A model generated the notes under the pieces. That model did no database searches and was not told where the DNA came from. It worked only from the letters and a program-made list of their open reading frames with translations. A program made the translations under genes and the position numbers. Below are positions 56,912 to 64,000 of a stretch of 64,000 nucleotides of DNA, piece by piece. The stretch's first letter is position 1; every line of letters begins with the position of its first letter. This DNA is from Octopus vulgaris (Eukaryota): contig OX597818.1 in NCBI GenBank assembly GCA_951406725.2, positions 119,350,001 through 119,414,000 of the forward strand, in the 5' to 3' direction.

Positions 56912-57604
56912 ACACACACGCACACACACATGCACACACATGGACAGTCACACATACACATACATTTACATGCGTGTAAATATACTCTTCCTTGTATGTG
57001 TCTCTTTAAATAATTACCGTTTCTATACATAATTATTCGGAATGCTGAATATATTTATATATTTATATAATCTAGTTGCTTCCGGGTCCATTTAGCCATC
57101 TTAATATATTTTCTACCATAGGAAGCCACATATTGATTCTTTTGAATCTTCAGTCATTTTCTTCATATGTTTTTAATTTTCATTCGTTGCTTTTAATTAT
57201 TTGAAAGATTCCATTAATTATTTAGGAATGGGTATTTTAATAATGTTTCTCAAATTTGACCTTCGTTCAAAATTTCCAGCATAGTTACTCGAGAACTGTC
57301 AAAATTATCATATAGTAATCTCGATCTACTGCACTTTCTACACTTTATGATTATCTCCAGGTCAGCCCTGGTGGGACAGAGCTATGTTAACTGGAGTTTC
57401 TCGCATGGTCATCTTAATGTTTATTGAAATATACTGCATCTGAAGCTATGTTACTCTAATGATCCACATTCTTTGAAACTAACCCATTTCGTTATCGCTA
57501 TATTTCAACACGTTTTATTCAGCATTAAGTCTTACAGAATGGAATCGTGTCTATATTTCAGATTTCGGCTAAATTCATTTTATTGCAGATTTACCGTTAA
57601 TATC

Positions 57605-57790
57605 GATTTCAAATTTTGACACAGCAATTTCAGAGCAGGCAATAACTTGATTATATCGAACGCAGTTATCAACTGGTATTTATTGTGTCGACCGCGAAGA
57701 ATGAAAAATAAAGTCAGCCTCGGCGGAATTTGAACTAGAACGAACTACCGCTAAGCATTTTGTTCGTCGCACTAACGATTCTTCCAGTTT
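57605..57790 (-). mobile_element. Diverged SINE family B
   Basis: Homology to family B. Confidence 0.7.
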
Positions 57791-58329
57791 GACATCTTAC
57801 ATGTGATGTTAACATCATTAAGTAAATCGCTAATTTCATGCATTGATTTCTGGAATTATCTTTCATTTTTGTCAGACAAATTTTGCTTGGAGATTTCAAA
57901 CCCAGCATTCATTAATTAGCAAAATTTCTAACTGTAGTGTTTACAAAGGATTGTCTCTACCACTGGATACAGAAGGAAAGCACAGACATATAACAAATTT
58001 CCATACACAAACGTACACCCACGTAACCTACTCCGGAACACATACTTACCGAGCTGCACAGACAAAGACATGCACACAGACATATGTTCATGTGTGTATA
58101 TATCTGTGAGTGTACATGTGTGTTTGCGTGTGGATGAGCAAGTATGGTCCATGTTTATGTTTATACTGCTTTGAAAACTGTTTTATTTTTAAAAGTTGTT
58201 TAATTATGCCTCACAAACTAGCGGCTCGACCAGACTGAAAAATTGTCTTATTGTTTGGTATTCAATCGGTTCTTTGTTAGTTTGATTCCATCAGCAACAT
58301 CGCTCCTATTTACCACCCGCTTCTTCTAT

Positions 58330-59800
58330 GTTTAGCATAGCCGCTTGTCTCATAAAACTTGTAATATTAACTTAAGAAATTTTTCTTCAAATACGATGCT
58401 TTATTTTTTTTAGAAATTTAAAACTACATCCCTATAGGGATTATTTCTATCAAAATTAATTTCCATTTTGCCGCTTTTCAAATTTTTTTTTTCAGTTTTC
58501 TTGCCATACAAGTTTTGCAATATCGTTATTTGTGACAATATTGCCCAAGTCAAATAAATCTTCATTCAAATTTTGTTGCACAAACAATAACTCAATTTCT
58601 TCGACAATTAAGTCACCTCATCTAACTATTATTCAACAGGTCTTAATAATTTCGTCTGTGTTTAGATGTCTTCTGGTTTTAGTATAACAATCATCAAGAA
58701 TTAATCTGGGCAAAATTGCCTTCAACATGCATTTAAAGCGGTTTGCATAATTTCATTAACTGCTGTAAGAATTATTTCTTCACATTGAAACAGATTAATG
58801 TTTTTTCAATGATTCTCAAACAATAAGTTTGTTTTCTTCCATATAATTCATCATATTTACAGTGATTTTTCATACAGCTTTATTTAAAATAAAAACTAAT
58901 GCATTGAGCCCATATTTTGATAAGTGTTAGAGCAATATAACAGAACATTAGCGAGAGGTTATTCAAAATGGCAGACGTGATGGGAGATTATTTATTATGT
59001 TAAGCCAGTATCTTCTTTTGTGTGAATTTAACATTTAGGAAGACAGTTTTCATAAAAGCACTTTTCGGATTTTGTAAGAAAAATCCACGATTTATATCCA
59101 GGGCAATGGACCTGGAGGCTATTTTGTTCAAACTTCTCATTGTACACGGATTAAGATCGCCATTAATTATTAATGACTTTAACAAACAGTCACTTAGCAA
59201 TTATGCTTTCAAGCCTTGGCACAAGGCTAGCAATGTTGAGGGAGGCTGGTAAGCTGATTACATCAACCTCTGTGTTTAACTGGGACTTATACTATCAGCT
59301 CCTGAAGGATAAACGGCAAAGTCATCTTAAGTGCTATTTGAATGTTAATAGTATGTTTCGATCTTTAGTGTTATCTATTCGCCAGCCATTTATTATGTTC
59401 CTGATTGTCCCACCTGGCACTTTTATTCAGTATACATATCTTCAAAAAGCTTTAAATATTTGCTTCTAAGAATATGAGACATCAATTATTCAACTATTTC
59501 TTTAGCTGTTTTCTTATCGCTTGATCCACGTTCATCATTATGTTTTTTTATTGTATAGAAAGTACGATTAAAACACTACCAAAAGAATCACACACAGAAA
59601 ATCCAAGTTGTAGCTGCTTAAATATTTGTTTTGAAGCGTTGATTTCATTAACAATTCATACCACTTCTCGCATAGCAATACAAAATCATTTGTGTTTCCC
59701 GGTTTTTCTTTTTAATACTACAGCTTCCAGAATGTTTCAATGTAATTATTGTGTGTATGTTGATCGTACTAAAAAGATCTTGCGATTATATTGTCTCTGA
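58330..59800 (-). mobile_element. Ancient Tigger/pogo transposase relic (interrupted by a SINE remnant at about 59205-59345)
   Basis: Minus-strand fragments KQIF, DCLLKSLIINGDLNPCTMRSLNK and IILTAVNEIMQTALNAC*RQFCPD, in the order expected for a pogo DDE domain. Confidence 0.55.
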
Positions 59801-60250
59801 TTTGGGTTTTTTCTACTATTCTTTTGACTGTTTTCACAGTTAAACCACCTTATTATACTGTTCCGCGGTTTATGTAGAGTACTTCATATTTTTACGTTCA
59901 TTTGATATTTTAAAATATGTTCCTTTATTCCGAAGATATTTAACAAAATACGAAAAGAAAAAAGATAACATGGGGCCATTTACATGTGGTGTCTATCTAC
60001 CTCACTATAAAACCTGTAAAATTAGAGAATAGTTTATAAACGTTCTGAAAACTATTCACAGCCTTGGATTTTTTATCTCATTCTGTTAGTTGTTTATATA
60101 TGTGCATGCTAATACATGAACTGCATTGGTCTTCTAATTGGCATCACTTTCGAGCCTGGAGCTTAACTATAGTCTGTTCATAGCACTTACTCAACATTAC
60201 CTGAAACCTTTGGGTCTTCTTGACACCAATACCTCTCATGCCCTATATAT

Positions 60251-60368
<118 letters not shown>

Positions 60369-60381
60369 CATATATATATGC

Positions 60382-60412
<31 letters not shown>

Positions 60413-61082
60413 TAGCGTTAATTATCTATATATCGAAGTTGTGTAAACCTGGTGCTGTGTGAACCAAGTAGAACATATACAAATACGCACAAACATTTAT
60501 TTTATACTAACACACATACACACAGTTATATATATTATAAGTGTGTGTGGGTGTGTGTGCATTCTCTCAAAAATGCTCCCTACTGAATAAACAACTACCA
60601 GTTACGAATCATGGAATATTCCTCAATGTATAGAAGAAATCATATAGCCAAAGTAACATGTAATAATTTCCAGACCGCATCGATGTGGCTGAGAAGTGTA
60701 CAACTTAAGCAAATAATTATGCCTAGAATATTTTGTATTTTATTAATGGAAATCCTTTCCAATAATAATTCGTTACCTCCACCTTTACTTCTTAATAAGA
60801 TGTTGGTTGAGTGGCTTCTTGCTATTTGTTCGACTTTACTCTAATAACAGAATCTTCATTCTGGAACGCATAAATTATGTAGTTTTCTGGAATAGAGTTT
60901 AAAGACTTCTTCATACGAATAACAGGAATTAAGCTGGTTAATGTTTCTAAGACGCACTGTAATTTCCATATATGAAGATAGCCGAATTGAACTATAATCT
61001 GTGATCATGTATGTATATATATTAATAAATAATTAGTAGTAATAAAATGACAGCTAAAGAACAGTACTTCGATATTATGAAA

Positions 61083-61204
<122 letters not shown>

Positions 61205-61412
61205 TACAAAATAACCATCATAATTTATGCGTCTCGAAACAAACCGATAGAAATTTCTTTAAAAATCCGTTATTACCGTATTTCTTTTGCCCTTATTTTG
61301 TAAATTATTTATAAATTTAACCTTTAAAGGTATTTTTTGATATGCTGGCCATTGATAATTTTTTTTCTCGAAAAAAAATATTTTATCCTACATTAGTTAT
61401 ATATATATATAG

Positions 61413-61446
<34 letters not shown>

Positions 61447-61500
61447 GCACATATATATATATATATATGTATATATAATGTATATGTAGTATAGTATAGT

Positions 61501-61660
61501 ATAGTATAGGACAATCAGAAAGTTGTCATAATAGAACTCGGAGTTTCAATGCTGGAGATAAAAACTTCGACGCATTTTCATCGGTTATTTTTAAAGATAG
61601 ACGCTATTTGAAACTCTATTGAAATTCTATTATGACAATTTACTAATTGTCCTATACTAT
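61501..61660. repeat. About 50-bp imperfect inverted repeat in TA-rich context
   Basis: tagtataggacaat...ttgtcataatagaa / ttctattatgacaa...attgtcctatacta. Confidence 0.8.
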
Positions 61661-61801
61661 ATGTGTATATGTGTGTGTGTATTTGTGTGTGCTTGTGTGT
61701 GTGTGTGTGTGTGCGTGCGTGTGTACGTACATTGTTGAAATTTAGAGAAAAATCAAAACACGAATAATAGTAATAATAATAATAATAATAATAACAATAA
61801 C

Positions 61802-61878
<77 letters not shown>

Positions 61879-61880
<2 letters not shown>

Positions 61881-61940
61881 CACACGTATTGAGAAGAGCA
61901 TTGTCGATGATCACACGTATTGAGAAGAGCATTGTCGATG
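61879..61940. repeat. Perfect 31-bp tandem duplication
   Basis: atcacacgtattgagaagagcattgtcgatg twice. Confidence 0.95.
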
Positions 61941-62127
61941 TGAGAACTGTTGCTGCTCATGTATTTTAATTTAACTTAAAAAAAAAATAAAAAAAAATTA
62001 ACGAACTATTGAGTTTGGTTTAATGGCCTACCAATGTATACTATGAGTTTCTTTGCCCTAGGAGTCGGGAAGACACCCGGCAAGAAATGGAAGCAAATTT
62101 GAAAGAGGAGAAAAAAATTTTTTTTTA

Positions 62128-62243
<116 letters not shown>

Positions 62244-62822
62244 GGTCCTTTCTTCTATGGGAGCTAGGCTTGAAATTTTGGGAAGATTGAGATCGTTAAT
62301 TAAATCAACTCCAGTGCTCAACAAGTATTTAATTCATTTAACGGAGAAGAAAAATGATACATTTTAAATAGTAAAAAAATAAAAAGGAAATCTAGCTGCG
62401 GAGAGAGTGCTGGATACATGTGTAACGCCGGAGCATTATGCGTAAAATTTATCGCTTTTTACACCATACAAAGTATGTATTACAAATATTCACATTGTTT
62501 GGCCATTGGCTATAATGTATAAACAAATTAACGAGACATCAGTCATATTAATCGAAGACTGATTTAATGACTCATGCGGAAAAGCGATTATGAATGTGAA
62601 GATCAAATCATATTATTCAGATAAGAGTGAAATGAAAAACATGTGCTTGGAATTAAATGTAGAAATTATATATGAAACAGAGCGTAAAATATTTTATTAT
62701 AACAGGAACAAATAAACAGGAGATCGCTTAAAATGATGGCAACTATCTGCAGAAAATTGAACCACTTATCTCAAACAGTTATAATAAACTTAATATAATG
62801 CCTTGCAAGTCATATGCTAAGC

Positions 62823-63029
62823 TTACTCTTTTAATTGTTTCAGTTATTTGACTGTGGCCATACTGAAGCAACGCCTTTAAGTCAAGTAAATCGACCTCAG
62901 GACTTATTCTTTGTAAGCCTAGTACTTATTCTATCTGTCTCTTTTGCCGAACAGCTAAGTTACGGGGACGTACACCAGCATCGGTTGTCAAGTGATGTTT
63001 CGAGGACAAGCACAGACGCACAAACATTT

Positions 63030-63107
<78 letters not shown>

Positions 63108-63246
63108 GACGGGCTTCTTTCAGTTTCTGTCTACGAAATCCACTCACAAGGCTTTGGTCGGCCCGAGGCTATAGTAGAAGACACTTGCCCAAAGTGCCAC
63201 GCAGTGGGACTGAACCCGGAACTTACCACACAGCCACTCCTACGCC
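62823..63246 (-). mobile_element. SINE family A
   Basis: Reverse-complement homology. Confidence 0.85.
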
Positions 63247-63395
63247 TTCCTGAATGTGAGGACGGGTTCCAGTTTTAAAGCTTTTTTTTATTTTCCTTAA
63301 CGTTTACTTACGATTTGGAGTATCTTCCTCTCTTTCTGAAGCTCTTTGCAGTTTAATACAAGTGTTTATTATATATTTCTTCTCTACCCTGTTAA

Positions 63396-63780
63396 GGTGT
63401 AGGAGTGGCTGTGTGGCAAGTAGCCTGTTTACGAACCACATGGTTCTGGGTTCAGTCCCACTGCATGGCACCTTAGGCAAGTGTCCTCTATTATAGCCTC
63501 GGGACAACAAGAGCCTTGTGAGAGGATTTGGTAGACGGAAACTGAAAGAAACCCGTCGTATGTGTGCGTGTGTGTTTGTGCGTTTGTGTGTCTGCGTCTG
63601 TCCCCGCACCATCACTTGACAACTGACGCCGGTGTGTTTACGTCCCTGTAACATTAGCAGTTCGGCAAAATGATATTGATAGAATAAGTACTAGGCTTAC
63701 AAAGAATAGTCCTCGTTCGACTAAAGACGATGCTCCAGCATGGCCAAAGTCAAATAACTAAAAAGAAGTAAAAGAGTAAA
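63396..63780 (+). mobile_element. SINE family A (a further tail fragment at 63899-64000)
   Basis: Head to tail present. Confidence 0.85.
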
Positions 63781-64000
63781 GGGTTTATTCGATAGCGATG
63801 TTTACTTATTGTGGATGAAGAATGAAACCATTAGCCATCGACATCTGGCACAGACTGACATCCTAGAAGTAACAGATTATAGCTTCTTAAGTTTTGACAA
63901 AAGAGACCGATAGAATAAGTACTAGGCTTACAAAGAATAATCCTAGGGGGCGATTTGCTCGACTAAATGCGGTTCTCCAGCATGGCAGCAGTCAAATAAT

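Overview
AT-rich, microsatellite-saturated animal DNA, most likely octopus/coleoid cephalopod (inferred from the SINE landscape, microsatellite load and peptide type). One protein-coding exon is well supported: 27026-27683 (+). It encodes a secreted allatostatin-A/buccalin-type neuropeptide precursor with a signal peptide and nine xD(P/S)xx(F/Y)GxL-amides, and has a clean splice acceptor and donor. The rest is four tRNA-derived SINE families, two R4/Dong-type LINE 3' fragments in (TAA)n, mariner, maT and Tigger relics, MITEs, long hairpins and simple repeats. Nearly all other ORFs in the track are microsatellite artefacts. The most notable hidden signal is a set of minimal type I hammerhead ribozyme motifs (CUGANGA...GAAA...UH with stems I and II and a tiny palindromic stem III). 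They occur in at least five unrelated short elements sitting in microsatellites between about 36 and 53 kb, resembling Penelope-like pseudo-LTRs or retrozymes. In one of them an inverted copy starts at the predicted cleavage site. Repeat boundaries were read by eye and are approximate.
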